Shown here one piece after another: positions 1 to 14,100 of a DNA stretch of 64,000 nucleotides. The notes beneath the pieces are model-generated. The model did no database searches. It was not told the DNA's origin and saw only the letters and a program-made list of their open reading frames with translations. The stretch lies in assembly GCA_002633005.1 (NCBI GenBank), contig NMRA01000421.1:138171-202170 (forward strand), given 5' to 3'. Position 1 is the stretch's first letter. Each line of letters starts with the position of its first letter. Source of the DNA: Phoronis australis. Lineage: Eukaryota > Animalia > Phoronida. The translations under genes were made by a program, and so were the position numbers.

Positions 1-985
1 CATTGGGAATGAATTACGTGTATTTTATATTGAGTTACTCTGTCGATAAGCCGAAGCCTTTAAACTGTGTATAGTACACTACCAGCGTTCGAAATACACG
101 CTGGCTCGGGGCTAGTAACTTTTAAAAGCAACTTGGCAGCCGGGCCAATAAATTTTCTAACTAATTGGCCCGGCGGACCAGCATATTTACTTGCTGAAGT
201 TCGAATACTGTACACTACATGTACATGTATGATTCAACATAGGGGAGATGATCCTGATATACCTTCAAAACTGAACACCTTCGAAAAAAGACTAAGTTTA
301 GCACCCCGGCAATTATTGTGAAGTAACAAGCAAAAATAATCATTGAAAATATTTAAATCAAAAATACAACAATACAACGATTAGAGTCAGAAGAAATGAT
401 TGTCTGCTTTCATTTCAACAGTGTTTGTACTTTGTGTCGGACGTATGTTTATGTGTTAAAACCGACTGTACAGATGACCAAGAGACGCGCTCCTTTAACG
501 CTAAGTTTGTTTTTTCGCCTATATTTGTGTTATTCATTGCGCTATCAAATTTTGCTGCGTGAGACTCGGTGATGGATAACAAACGTGCTGAACACTTATG
601 TATGGGCTAGAGGCCCGTACCATCGCACATTCAAAACCCTGCAGACAATCATCGTAGACTACATTATACAAAAGGTCAACATGACCATCCAAAGGCTAGC
701 GGTACCTAGCTGGCCCTTTTGCGAGAGAGCCTCCAGGCCAGGTTTCAATTTGTACGCAACCAATTACCAGTTTCATCAATGAAAGAACGAAGTCGCGTTA
801 CTTGCTTGAGCTATTGCTCCACGAGCGCTCAGTTATGTGATGAAATCTTAATCTTTCACTGATACACTGTACGTTTTGATCCAACGCACGCAAAAACAGC
901 TATGTTGAAAATTGGCCAAAATATAATTTGTTCAAACAAGTGACATTGCGATACTTATTGTCCCGCAGTTTTACAAAACTGTAAA

Positions 986-1120
986 TATGTTCATATTCTA
1001 TGTTCATATTCTATGTTCATTTTCTATGTTCATTTTCTATGTTCATTTATTATTCTATATTCATAGTTTATGTTCATATTCTATATTCATACTTCATGTT
1101 CATATTCTATGTCCATATTA
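986..1120. repeat. 13-bp minisatellite (TATGTTCATATTC)n, about 10 degenerate units
   Basis: Direct inspection. Confidence 0.85.
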
Positions 1121-1365
1121 TATGTACTCCAAAAGCACTTTGGTATTGAAATTTTGCTAAACTATGTGATAAAAATCCAACACGGAAAGCACCTGTGTAT
1201 GGGATTGTCTGTGACAGTTACGCTTTTAAAGTTCGCAAATGAGCTTCCACGTCGTGTCGTTGCCTCGTGATCATGACGTCATAGACTATACGTGCAAAAT
1301 TCAACTTAAAACAGTCACTTAAATTGTTGAATTGACGTTTGCACGTAAGTAAAATTTAATAAGTA

Positions 1366-1528
1366 CAGTGGCGGATTTAAGAGAGGCCAAGGGGGACATG
1401 GCCCCCACTAAAATTCTCCAAGATTCCATTTAGCAGTACGGGGTTGCGAATGTCTGACGGGCAAAATCCTGCCTGGCTAATACCCTGCTTTCCTCCCCCC
1501 GTAACTCAAAATCCTGGATCCGCCCCTG
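1366..1528. mobile_element. MITE family 1 (CAGTGGCGGAT...ATCCGCCCCTG), 5-bp TSD-like flanks
   Basis: TIRs; inverted homolog at 41550-41704; flanks AAGTA/ACGTA. Confidence 0.8.
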
Positions 1529-2470
1529 ACGTATATTGCTTACACTGCGTTATTTTTATGCATGTAAGCACATCTAGTAATCTACGTTGTACACATGTCA
1601 AAATGGGAAGCAGCAACTGTGAAATTTAATTACTGGAAGGACTAATTAAAGTATCCGCACACGATGAGGCATCGATACCCAATAGTCGTCAAAAAGAGAC
1701 ATAATGCGAATACTAACTCTTTCTTGAGATGCCCCAACTTCTATTGCGTAAGCCGTCTGGGCTACTCAATGCGAGGACTCGACTTTTGTGCGTCACCCCT
1801 TATCAGTGTTGCCGAAATATCCCAGATTACAATGACCTTTGGATGTGGGAAGGGATATTTATACTCGGTAGGTTGCGACTGTTGGCCTCGAGTTGACTGC
1901 CAAGATAATTTGACATATTCACAGAGACCAGTGTAACACAGACTATTATCGATCTTAGACAAGGTTGATTCTTTCATAAACTATCTGCACCAGCAATATC
2001 CTTTCCCGAACATTTAGGACAGCCATCCATGAGACTATGCAAATGGGACCCCATTTCTGTAGAGACGAAATTAAGCCTTGGTGATGTCCAGGCCAATGTT
2101 CTTAAGGAATTGGTGATTCCATGGATTTTGAGGCAGATTTAAAGTAGCCACACACACATTGATGAGTTAGTTGCCGGTGTGAAATGACTACTAAGGAAGT
2201 TAGACGTACGCTGACAAAATTATAGCAAAACTATATCATTCGCCCTTGGTTTGATTATTATGGCAGCAGATTTGAGTTCTACCGTGGGTGACATATTTTA
2301 CGGTTTTGGAAAAAACAAATGTGCTGATATTGGTTTAAATTAAACTCGAGTAGGAGTTGACACCAGTATCACTTTTCTATGAAATGAAAAACGATAGCAA
2401 GTATAGCTATAGTGAAATTCTGGCAGCCATTTTGAAATGAAATACTCAGAACTGTGTTCATCATTTAAAT

Positions 2471-3111
2471 ATAGATTATTACAAGTTCTCAGTCGTTATA
2501 CCCCTCATCTAGAGCCCGAATGGATTTTGGAGAATTATCGCACGACGGGCGTTATACAGCATACTGAACGAAAAACATGGCACTGAATCGATCTTCCTTT
2601 CTCGATTCGCCTTGGCTTTGGAACTACTTTCTCTGTCAGAGGCTCGAGGCCGGAGGTCGTGACCTTTTAAGAAACGCCGAGTCATTCTTGTTAAATAGTC
2701 TTTTTACTCAAAACCATGTGAACATTTAAACAGAATAGAAGTGAATATATAAAATAAGTTTTAGAAAATAGGCTACATTTACTACATATCTTATCACGCT
2801 AAGCTTCCACCGTGAAAATGTAATCTGCTAAAGTAGGTTACCACTGGTTACTGGGTATACTATCAAAGATTCCCGACGACACGTTAACCATATCTAAACT
2901 AGAGATCGATGATTTACAGGTGAGAGAAAATGACAGAAAAAATTTTCTGAATTGAAGGCATCGTTTTTGTAGAAATTGTACGTCTTATATTTCACAGCGT
3001 ATAAATGTCGGTAAAATGCGGTTTGTTGAGCATGCAATTATTGCGCGTCCTCATTTAGTTATTCATTTTTCACTTAAGAGGACGTCAGCAGCTGAATAGC
3101 TCAGCGTTTAA
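2471..3111 (+). mobile_element. Composite repeat (hairpin head + body + tRNA-like module), copy A, 5' part; resumes at 4667-4813
   Basis: Colinear with copies at 25079-25925(-), 56729-57485 and 57600-58413. Confidence 0.8.
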
Positions 3112-4666
3112 AGTCCTCGTAGCACACGTTTTTCACCCTTTTTAAATGGTTAGAAGAAATTATAGGAAACCACGCAGTACCATAACCAATACACAATCCG
3201 TAGTCGAAGAAAGTTTAAATAAACGAGCCACTCACCGAAGCACACACTGCCATTTTGAACTAACCGCGACACCGGAAGTACAATTCATTCAGGAGCCCAG
3301 GCTTAAGAACGCCGCTGTGCGACTAGAGCAGTGTCTGTTACCAGCCTGCAAACGGGGATAAAATAATTGACAGCGGACCTTAACTTTAATAAAACCAAGT
3401 TGTACTGAAACTGTTGACAAAACAGTTGCAAAATAAATTTTGACAGAAATTATTTTGCCAGACTCGGACCTGCAGCTGATGACAAGGTGCAGACCGATAG
3501 AAACCACTGCAATGGCGAAAGACGAAGGCCTGAAGTCCCAGGCTGTTTTATCGGAATAAATGGTTCAAATCATTATTGCCATATACATACAAAATTAGTT
3601 CCAGACACGTGCACAAAATTACGGACTAGTCACAGTCCTGTGCCAATGATTATAGCGGGCTAGGTTAAGCGTGTTTTACAGAGTGTAATGAACTCTGGTA
3701 AACAAACAGCATAAACAGAACAACGAACATGCAATATCAAAACAATTGAATAAAATAGTTAATATACAGTTAGAATATCTTGGCGATTAAACTTGCGAAG
3801 ATATCGAAAATAAATTTAGACGGAAACTAAGATACCGGCGGTGGTCTCTTGCGACTTCCGCTGACTGTCAACAAATAACAATGAACCACAGAATACCATT
3901 TGGTGGCGAAATAACTTCAGGAAGAAAACTTGCCGTGGTGCCAAATGGTATAATATCAGTAATAATGAGCTTAAGGTAAAAGTAACAATTCCCACTTAGC
4001 CAGAAACATTCGTATATTAAGCTGCTACCCGGCGGAGCCGAACCGCCTGGCCTGCCGTGTGCGGACATCGGTGTTCTGCGTGGCAAGATGAACATATTAA
4101 TTAGCTACCCGGGCCTTGAATGAGTGAAATTCCTGTGATGAAGAAATTAAAAAATAGTGCGTCATGCTCACAACACTGCATTATTTTCCCATCGCGGAAT
4201 TTTTATATTTAGACAACATACGTATATATTGTGAGTTTTTGTCAGGTTTTAAAATAGATTTTTCCTGATAATTGAAAACCAAGGCCAATTTAACAAGTGA
4301 TTATTTTCCGGGCGAAAAGTCACGGAAACTGCAGGGAAATTTCTTCACCGGTTACTCTGTCCGGGCAAACTCAAGCACAGGTGCTCGTTATTACAATTAC
4401 TGGGTTCTCTTTTTTGGTGAAATTTGTTTTGTTTGTTGAAACATCGCCGTGTGTGGATATTTTTTCTATTTTACATGATAACGGCCTGTAGGCTAAAGCC
4501 ATTGCCGATTTGTTGCCAATTAAGCACTTCGTTCACACGTCCTGGTAGTTAAACGGTAACTGCTCACTCCAGGCTGGTACATTACATAAGTTTCACTATA
4601 TGACGATGAAGATAAGACATTTGTTGATTAAGTTTTTGAAGTGTATTGCCCTTTCAGATAAGGACT
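3112..4666. mobile_element. Probable TTAA-target insertion (Kolobok-like termini AGTCCT...AGGACT)
   Basis: TTAA|AGTCCT at 3108-3117 and AGGACT|TTAA at 4661-4670; removing it rejoins the tRNA-like module of copy A. Confidence 0.55.
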
Positions 4667-6537
4667 TTAAGGCGACGGGTGTCATTACACGAAACTTGAA
4701 TGAAGCCAGTTCGAATCCGACCTTGGCTTCCCGCCAAAATGTTAATCAACACGCGTTCATCAACAAAATGGGTTAATCAACGATTGTAATGGCCATGCTG
4801 ATTATGTGGTATAAAACTTCTTCAGTGAACTTCTTGTGGCACACATGATCGATTTTTGTTGTTTTATTTACGTATATTTATTCTATAATTTGACATTAAC
4901 AGTTACGGATTGTATGCCAAACCAGAGACTACATACGATGCCAAAACTGCTGAGTGATCATGTTTAAAACTACTAAATGACGGCTAGTTACCGTGTTGAT
5001 AGCAATGGTTACCTAGATTAATTTCGTCAATCCTCTGACAAGTTGTGGAAACAAATTTACCATCACTGGCTTGATCCACAGAAATATGGGTGGATGAAAT
5101 ACATCACAAGCAAATTGCTTTCACCAAGTATAATTCCGGACGGTATCAAACTCGCCACCGATTGCATACTGGAGATGATTAGGTGTGAAGGTGATATTTA
5201 GGAAGATGCGGTAGTTGTGTCAATCATCAATCCTGCAAAGAGTATTGTGCTCACGTTCTGAGTCTTGATGGGGCATTTGGAACATGTTATGTTTAGGATG
5301 TCCTTTGCAGTATTATGGAGATAAACAGTTAATTCATCTATTAGAGCTATCATGCCGGGTATCACCGAAAACTATAAATTCAAATGTCTCGAATAGATAG
5401 CAAATTATGCAAATTTATGAAGCAGTGATCAGCAGATTTCATTAAGTTCATTGACCACGAAAACATTTGCAAAAATATTAATAATTGCGGTCGTTTTTGC
5501 ATATATTATGTAAGTTTATCATGCAACAATTTGCATTGTACATTGTAATTTGGTCATATCCTTCGCTTATTCTGTGCGCGTGATAGACTGTTGAGGTGGC
5601 ATCTGAAGATTGCGAGACGAGATTCCAACTGGTATGACGAGTCATGACGGTTCGTTACAAGTCATTTCATGAAGCGGAAACGGTATTTTAGTTGTTTCTT
5701 TTTGGCTTGTACAGTAAAAGACACGTTGTATCAGACACGTGCAGGCCGATCAGGAGGACCCACTGCGCTGATCATCCGCTTTATCAATTTATAGTTATAA
5801 CCAAGCTTAAGAGTTAGAGACCTGATACGAGGGTCTAACAGTGTGCCCCATTGCGACTCGAACCCCCGTCCTTGAGTAAAGGACGCGGACACTTATCCCA
5901 CGGGGCCACATTCCTTTCTTGTTTGTGTTGTATGTTACATGGTCCTTTCTCGTAGCACTTCGAAATCGTAAAGCGCGTCCTGCAGAAAGTATGAAAGCCA
6001 AGATATTCCTTCACTAAACGCGGTTACGTATTACAACCCCAAAAATAGAATGCATAATTACGTGCGTTGTGATGCATTCCAGTAGTTTCAGAATTAAATG
6101 AGTATTTCAAGAATCACGAAATTTGTTGTTTACTGATGGCAAGGCCTTGACATTTCTAAAAATCTACGACACAAAACGCCTATCCGCGCTTTTTCTCGCA
6201 CGCAGATGCTTTGCTACAAGACGTACCACGCTCAACGCATAACTATAACTATAAATTAAGTACGCAATCGTAAATTATTAGGTATTACGTACATGAAATT
6301 TCACTTTCCACTACTTAGCCGTTTACCAAACGAATATTATAAAAACCTTATTGTCTCGTTAACCCAAAGCTTTGGCCTTTCTCGATCAACATCTGTTCTG
6401 TGCGCTGCGCACATTTTAATAATTGGTTACGTTAATTATTGGTTGATCTCTTGAAACAATACATGTTATTGAAACACCAAGTAATTGCTTGCCATCACAC
6501 AAGGCCAACGCTCGTCAAATGTTCATTTCTATTTGGT

Positions 6538-6590
6538 AATAGTAGTAGTAGTAGTAGTATAGTAATAGTAGTAGTAGTAGTAGTAGTAGT
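6538..6590. repeat. (GTA)n microsatellite
   Basis: Direct inspection. Confidence 0.9.
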
Positions 6591-7723
6591 TGTGCTTCTA
6601 TTTCATGTCTTAAGAAATGCAAATTAATAAATCCAGTATTGAATTAGGGAAGGCTGTGTGAAAGACTTTACAGCCCGCTGATCAAAGAGCCGCCCATAAA
6701 TTATACAAAAGTAATTAAAAACAAAGCAAACGGTACACAGTAAATACGGCGAACAAATAGACAGATATGACTATGAAGTTTTCACTCATGAACAAATTCA
6801 TGTTAATAACAATAACACATCAAATAAATGCCAACAAATAATATGATTGCTGCAGTTGGATTATCACACAGAGTTACAAACATACTGGTTGGCAATAGTG
6901 AAATCAAGACGATACTCATCTAAGCAACGATTTCTAAAATAATTTTTTACACTAAATGGAGAATACCACTAAACATTTTGTTTGAAAGCTTTATACAGAG
7001 TCGCTAGTAGTATCGAACAATCTCATGTCTTCATGTGTGCAGCTATGCAGCAAAACACCGACAGACATAACAAATAAACACACTACATGTAGCTATTTTG
7101 TGACTGCATGTCTCATCATCAGGCAATAAGTGAAATGAATACACACGAAGCGAAATACACAATGAAATACACGAAACAACGGGAAGAGAGGCATACAAGC
7201 AACAAACGCTAGGAAGCCCACAAGCCTATCGAAACAGAGCCAGGTTTACGAATCTTTTGATTTCCATAAATATACCCTTTAGAATAGTCACCTTCAATTA
7301 CATTAAACATGTGTCGACCAGCTTGCGTGTTGACCGCTCTGATGTTGCTGTTCAGCTCGCGAGCGACTCTGTATTAAGCTTTCAAACAAAAAGTTTAGTC
7401 ATGTTTTCAACGAAGTTTGTGTTAACGAAGGGCTGTCACCAAACTATACTAAATAGATCAATGTGTATAAATCTTTGTATTGAATTCTAAAAAGATTTTT
7501 AGGATGGAAGTTTGTAGTAAACTTCTTTGCCTGGTGTAAATGCTAGAATAGGGAGCAATAATGAAGGTATACAGGTAGTTCGGTACCATATTGCTAACAT
7601 ATTTACAAAAGAATTTGATAACGGCAGCCACGTATTTTAAGACTGTGTGATGTCTTAAACAAGGGTTCAGAGTGAGCATTATACTTGCAAACATTTCATA
7701 TTCTAATAACTTCCTTGTGTAAC

Positions 7724-7880
7724 CAGCCTCCCGTTCAGTAACGGTAGGACCTCGCTAAAAAGCAAGACTTCGCGAGATTACGTGAGATATTGCCGTGCAT
7801 TTTAAATGAGAACACGTGACTTTGACTCGGTTTTAGTTAGGTCTTAGCGTAAGTCCTAGCGTCTACTGAACGCACGCCTG
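7724..7880. mobile_element. ~155-bp MITE (CAGCCTCCCGTTCAGTA...TACTGAACGCACGCCTG)
   Basis: Imperfect TIRs; inverted copy at 30918-31070 and a partial copy near 33100-33235. Confidence 0.75.
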
Positions 7881-8017
7881 AATTCTTACTATTTATACAT
7901 TTAATCTCAAAAGTACCCAATGTAAGAATCGGCTTAAGTATTTCATTTGAAAAATTATTTTACCATTCTTAGGTCAATCTTAAAGTTGCAAAGACGACGT
8001 TGTCCTCTATCAGCAGT

Positions 8018-8167
8018 ATGACTGAATCTGCAACAAGCGTGAATGGCTTCGCCAATGGTGTTCACTCTAAGACCCAGTGCCCATCGTCCAGGAAATACGT
8101 CACGTTGCATAATATCATGGACCCCAACTTGACGTCTCAGGATATTTTGCATCGAAAAGCTTGTTTG
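8018..8167 (+). CDS. NOS: NOS coding exon 1 (N-terminal hook region); exon acceptor at 7972/7973
   Basis: [50 protein letters not shown] resembles the NOS 'VKNW...DTLH.K' segment; ttcttag acceptor, gtgagt donor, phase 0. Confidence 0.8.
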
Positions 8168-11100
8168 GTGAGTACACTACCTAGACTCCTAAATTTCACC
8201 AATGCCGTTCACCACGCCAGTGGCTCGATTCCAATTTAGTGTTGACATGGTTACCCAGCCAGTTGACATAGTTACTCAGCCAGTTGACATGGTTACCCAG
8301 CCAGTGGCTCGATTCCACTTAGGTGCTGAGATGGTTACCCAGCTTGTTGATATGGTTACCCAGCCAGTTGACATGGTTACCCAGCCAGTTGGCATGGTTA
8401 CCCAGCCAGTTGACATGGTTGCCCAGGCAGTTGACATCGTTACCCAGACAGTTGACATGGTTACCCAGCCAGTTGACATGGTTACCCAGCCAGTTGACAT
8501 GGTTACCCAGACAGTTGACATGGCTACCCAGCCAGTTGGCATGGTTACCCAGCCAGTTGACATGGTTACCCAGCCAGTGGCTTGATTCCACTTTTGAGTT
8601 GACATGGTTATTACAGCCAGTACAAGGTATCCATTTTCTGACCAATAACTAACTTTTAAGAGTTGCAGAACTGACGTCAACATGTCCTTTCTCACATCAG
8701 AGGTAGTTTCTGTGTTTGGTGCGAACTAACAATTCGATATTACTCGAGACTAGTGTGTTGTCACGTCGGGTCACTTTTTGTACTGAACGTAGCCCAAACA
8801 AACGAATTGGCAGTTGTTTCCAGGTCCAGAAATAACTTTGCATCTCATTAATAGTGGCGAAATGAGCCCAACATTATGCGTTTCTGGTTAACCAACATGG
8901 AATTTGACAAAAATCGATAGTAACAATTTCCATATAGATGATCATTTTGGGAGATCCCTGCAATTTCAAAATGTCTGCCTCTAGCAAAAGCAATGGTTTA
9001 TAGGTCTATATAACATCATCGATTTTGAATTAAACAGACCTTGTTTCATACCCGCAGATTTGAATTATAACCGTGCTTTTTGATTTTTGTTGTCACAAAC
9101 AACAGACGTATTCTGGCATGATAGTGGTTACAATGACGAAGCCTGTGTTTTCATCCTTAATTATGTTTATATTCTTCAGGTAATCTGGTCGAACAAGGCC
9201 AGTCTACAAAATAGGTTGTCAAGAGCAACATCGTAAAGCCACAAAACGCTGTTCAATTTAAATAATAGTGCAGGGCAAACTTGTTCACTTTTGGGTAACA
9301 AACATGAAACTCATCACAACTTTAGAGCTCACCAACAATTTTGTCTCGCTTTAATTTCGTTCGATTTTTGTGAGTTTCTGCTAATGATTCATATGTAGAG
9401 AGACGACACGACCATACTCGCAAGCCAGACAGCGCGTGACACGTGGTCCGCCATATTGATGATGAACACTACGTAAACAAAAGCACGGTGGCCTAAAGGA
9501 AGCTGGGGAATTTTCAGAATAAAATTTGAAATTTTAAATACTGTCGAGGTTCCAAAATATCGGTAACATAAAGCAATGTAAACAAATGACCCAAGCATTG
9601 CGTAAACGATCATATAAGCCATTGCAAAGACAAAATTCCTAATGCTTTGGCTGAAATTTTCACGGAGTGCTGCTAGGGCCTGGGACTGAGGTTTTGCCCG
9701 CTCAGTCGAAAAGACAATTACTGAAATGAATAAAGTTTAGAAACTGGTCATATACAACAACGTTATTAACCTTTTTTCAGTTGTTTATAAACCGACAAGA
9801 CGATCAGCTGTCAAGGGGGCCGCTTCTCCGGCGCGCTAATATATCACTGCATTCCCAAAGCTTTTAGTATGGGTGTAAAACGTCCTTGACCCGACGCCAC
9901 TTGATTTATTCTAACAAACAGATTTGAGGCATGCGTTCGTGTGAAACACTTGAAAACTAACTAAATAAAAATTAATAGAAACCCATGGAAATCGATGAGC
10001 AATATGCGTGCATGTAAAGTCGTGTCATTGTAAGCAACAATTGACCAATGGAAATGTACATGTTTGTGTACATTTACACGTGCGTATTCGGAATTGAGGG
10101 CATAGGCCAGTTTGAATAAAAGTTGGGAGCAAAATTTCGCAGAACGATCAAGTTATAGAAACTGATATCTTAACATTAAGTATTTCAATGAAAAAAGAAG
10201 ATTGCACAAATAAAAACACCCTGTGCTGGTTGGTAAGACACGCACATATACATCGGTTACCCGCGCGTGCTTGTGAACGCCACTGCTTAGGCGGCCGAAG
10301 CCGGAGGTCGAAGTATGCATTTGCACAGACCCAATTTCCAGAAAGGTGACTGGAATTTTCTACTTCAGGTTATACCAAGGAATAATAATTACACGAAAAT
10401 GCAGATGTTTTTTTCAAAAAATAAAACATGTAAGGGGCGCTGATTTGTCTCAAGGGAATTTACTTCAGAGATACGCTCGTAACTTTTCTTTAAGTATCTA
10501 GTTTTACTTGTTCTGGTACCTAATTCGTCTTAGCGTGATGAATTTGTATTTTGTGCAGTTTGAAACGACATGGTCTCACAGTTCAAACAGCTGTGTCATA
10601 GAGTCTGTTGTAAAACAACACGCCGGCTGCAATACATGTATATAAGCGGAACTAGAGTTTTAAAAAGGCGTTTGTATCATTAATTTTTACCTGTATTATT
10701 TTTTACACCAGTCAATGTACCCTTTTCATTCGACCATGATGTGCGGAATCGCAGATTTTTTCTGTCAATAACAAGCACTCTTCCATCTGATTGGCCATAC
10801 AGAACGAGAAGGACAACAAAAAATGTTCATATAGAAACAATACATTGAGATTCTGTAACCATTTCAAGCAATAATGTTGATTTATTTCAAAATATATTTA
10901 TTTCAAAATATCACCATAACGCAGTAAAATCACACCGTGACACTAAAAGGGAAATGTCAAGCTGGTACGAAGTTACTGTACCGTATTGGTACATGCACTC
11001 CACTTTAGCAAAAGTCAGATTTCAACCAACTCTAACTTAATCCCTCAATTCAGTTGGATCCGACATTTACTGGCACACAATTATGTTACTAGTACATTTA

Positions 11101-14100
11101 CATTGACAACACCCCGCTACAAAATAAATATGACAAATCTCAATGGTAGTAAACTCTATCTGCCCTGTCCTACACACTCAGGCATTAATACACTGTAAGT
11201 ATCAGAAGACCATAAACAAGACAGAATATAAAAATGATGGTTTTCCTCAAGTAACACAGTTGCATATTTTAATAGCTTACCAGGCTACACAACATTTGTC
11301 CCATCTCTTGAAATCTACATGAACAACCCATCTACTGTATCAATATAACATTGTGGGGTGTAGCACTGTTGGGGCATCCCGTCCTTCGATCCTACCCTAT
11401 TCCTAATAACCTGGCTATATTAATAAATCTTCAAATTGGTGTCGACTCTATAAAAGTGTACAACTATTAATCTTGTAGTCACTTTTGTGTTTCTTCGTTC
11501 CTAGAAATCAACAGATATCTTGGAGAGAATAAGGTCACCAAACCCTTAAAGACATATCGGACTAAGAAGGAAAGTCGAGCAAAGACCGTGAAACATCGAC
11601 TTAAGTGGGTGTTCTAGGGGCCAAAATCATTTTATTTCTGTTTCAAAATTTAAACCTCGAAAGGTCAAAAAATTAGATTATTATTTCTGGATTATACTGG
11701 GAATCAAACTTTATTTTTGATGTTTTCTGCTATAATTAAAGATAAGTGTTAACACCCTTTAATTAATTCTGTGCTCAAGTTTACAATGACTTTCTTGGGT
11801 GATCTAGTTCGCACTTGATGATCCGTGAAATCCCGTGTTTTTACCAATATTGGTTGCTAGATACTACACAGTACACAGACATCTCTACTAAAATGGTTCA
11901 TCAGCAAGATGGCGGACTACTCCGCTCAAAGAAAACTACGTGGCTTTAACTCTAGCAATATTTATCTCATTGGTTTCTGCGGTGTCGTAGAGTCTAGTTT
12001 CCTGTTTGCACTTCTCGTACGATCAACATGAAATTTATACACAACAGGCAACATCGGATATTAAATGGTGCTGTCTGGGGTATGATTCTACTTTTTTGTG
12101 AAGGCCTCGGACCGTCAGGAGCTTAGCATTATGTCTGTCAAAATTCGGTCAGTGATGTAGTTAAGATCACAGTTCGCCTTCCTAGCCCCCATCATCACGC
12201 CAATATGACTGAACTCCTCTAGTCGATTAACTATGCTAACGTTGGTGCTGCTGCCACCCAAGTCCAACTGGGCACGATGGTTTACATGTTGACTTAATCA
12301 GAAACTGAGTTGGAGTTGCCGAACATGATCCCAGAGAGTTGTTAGATTCATAGAAGTTTTACTTTTTGACTTGCCAACCTTAGTGATAGAATGTATTTAA
12401 TGCATGATAAACACCCATTCAAGACAATGTTTTTCTCCCACTGGGTCATGATAGGAACGAAAATAATGGAAATCTGACCAACAAAATGGAATAAGAAAAT
12501 TTAAATTAAAACATGCAACTGAAATAGTTGAAAAGTAGCCTACATAGCAGTGGTTTAAACTAAATTTCAGTAATACGAAAAATACGTACATGTAAGTTCA
12601 AACACATTCAGTGACACTTGGGTTTGTCTGCAGTATAAGACATTGTTAGATTCGGTTTCGGTAAGTCTTGTATTGAAAACACACTATGCAAGCTAGCTTG
12701 TATTTGTCAGTTAATTTGCCATGTGTTGTGTCACCAAAGGCGTATCGCAAATATGGGAATATAAGTTTGTTAACTTGGGAATGGAACTGTTTAAACAGTC
12801 GTGAAACCGTGAAAAAATTGCAAAACCTAGAGTTCTCTTGCATTGACAGGCAACTCCACATGCATTAGTAGAGAGTAGTAGCAGATCAAAATGAAGTCGC
12901 CGACGTCACTTTGTCTGTAAAGTCAGTTACAGAACTCGAAGAGTCGCGAGAGAGGAACGACGAAGTGGAATAGGGAACTTAGAACTGGAGGTTGACTGCG
13001 ATTAAAGCAAGAACACCAACTAATAGGATGACGACCAGGACACCGCCGGTGACGCTGGCAGCGACAACAACTCAATGACACTGACGACGACGTGACTACA
13101 AAGAAGCAAGCGAGGCACAACAATGCCAAACCCGACCGCGGCATTGATGGTGTCACTCCACCTGTGATGACGATGACAGCGACGCCGTCCCGTCTAAGCA
13201 AACGACTACAACAAACTGATGAGACGAGGACGCATGTAGGTTCCACATCAACACCACCGTTATCATAGCAGCTGCCACCATTCGACAATCAAAACGTCGA
13301 GGACAATAACTACGACGCTGAAGCCAATGACACTAATGCCGAAGGGATGCCGTTAGAAACCACAACTACCCCACACGGTAACCCCGTTCGGTTTAAATTA
13401 TGGTTCCACATTTAAAACCATACCATGTACCCAATATTTGTGGGAGTTTTGTATCATTTTTCCCAAAACACAAAAAATCAAGTTTCAAGGAAAAATCAAA
13501 TTCTTCTATTACAAATGTGCGGCGGGATGAGTGTTCCCGGGTAATGTCTTCGCCCTAGTCACCAGTAAACCTCAAATAATAGTTGGTCGGATCCAGAAAT
13601 TTTCTCAGAACTTTGTAGCACTGGACTGTATCTGTTTACACACTACACCAAATTTCAGACAGATTAGTCAAAGTGCGCCCAAGTTTCTGCACGAGATTTC
13701 AATCAATAAAAGAGCATTCATCAGAAAGTCTGGGATAACTCAAGAACGGTAAGTTGTACCAGAAAACAAATGATACAGTTCTGGAGCACATGGCCAAGTT
13801 TGTCTATATACTACATTTCCGTTCAAAACCTCAGAGGCACAGCTTTGTAAATTGGAATTTTTTGCCGCACCAGTGTCACTTTTGTACAGATTTCGCTCAA
13901 TAAACTACAAGCTTCAAGAATGTAATTGGATTCATGTTGTGAGTGAATTTAGTGGAGAACGCACTAAAATGCAATCTGTGACAAACAAAAAAGAAACAAA
14001 AGTCAAGTTTCACGACAAAACAACAGAATTAAGAGACATTTCATTGCGCTAACTAACAAACTTCCAGACAAAGGAACATACTTGGGGAAATTTCATGTCA

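Noticed and set aside
8202-8695. Four repetitive ORFs ([28 protein letters not shown]) and a CRISPR-like look
   Set aside because: These are by-products of a 21-bp tandem repeat. There are no unique spacers or cas genes, and the context is a eukaryotic intron.
10860-11440. Possible minus-strand LINE 3' relic (likewise 1680-2150)
   Set aside because: Only faint residue patterns; too decayed to support.
12923-13330. 121-aa minus ORF / GAC-rich stretch
   Set aside because: Low-complexity sequence with no splice or domain support.
4334-14094. NF-kB-like sites (GGGAAATTTC 4334 and 14085; GGGAATTTTC 9506) suggesting inducible NOS
   Set aside because: They are short, scattered motifs, one lies inside an insertion, and the TSS is unknown, so they cannot be distinguished from chance.
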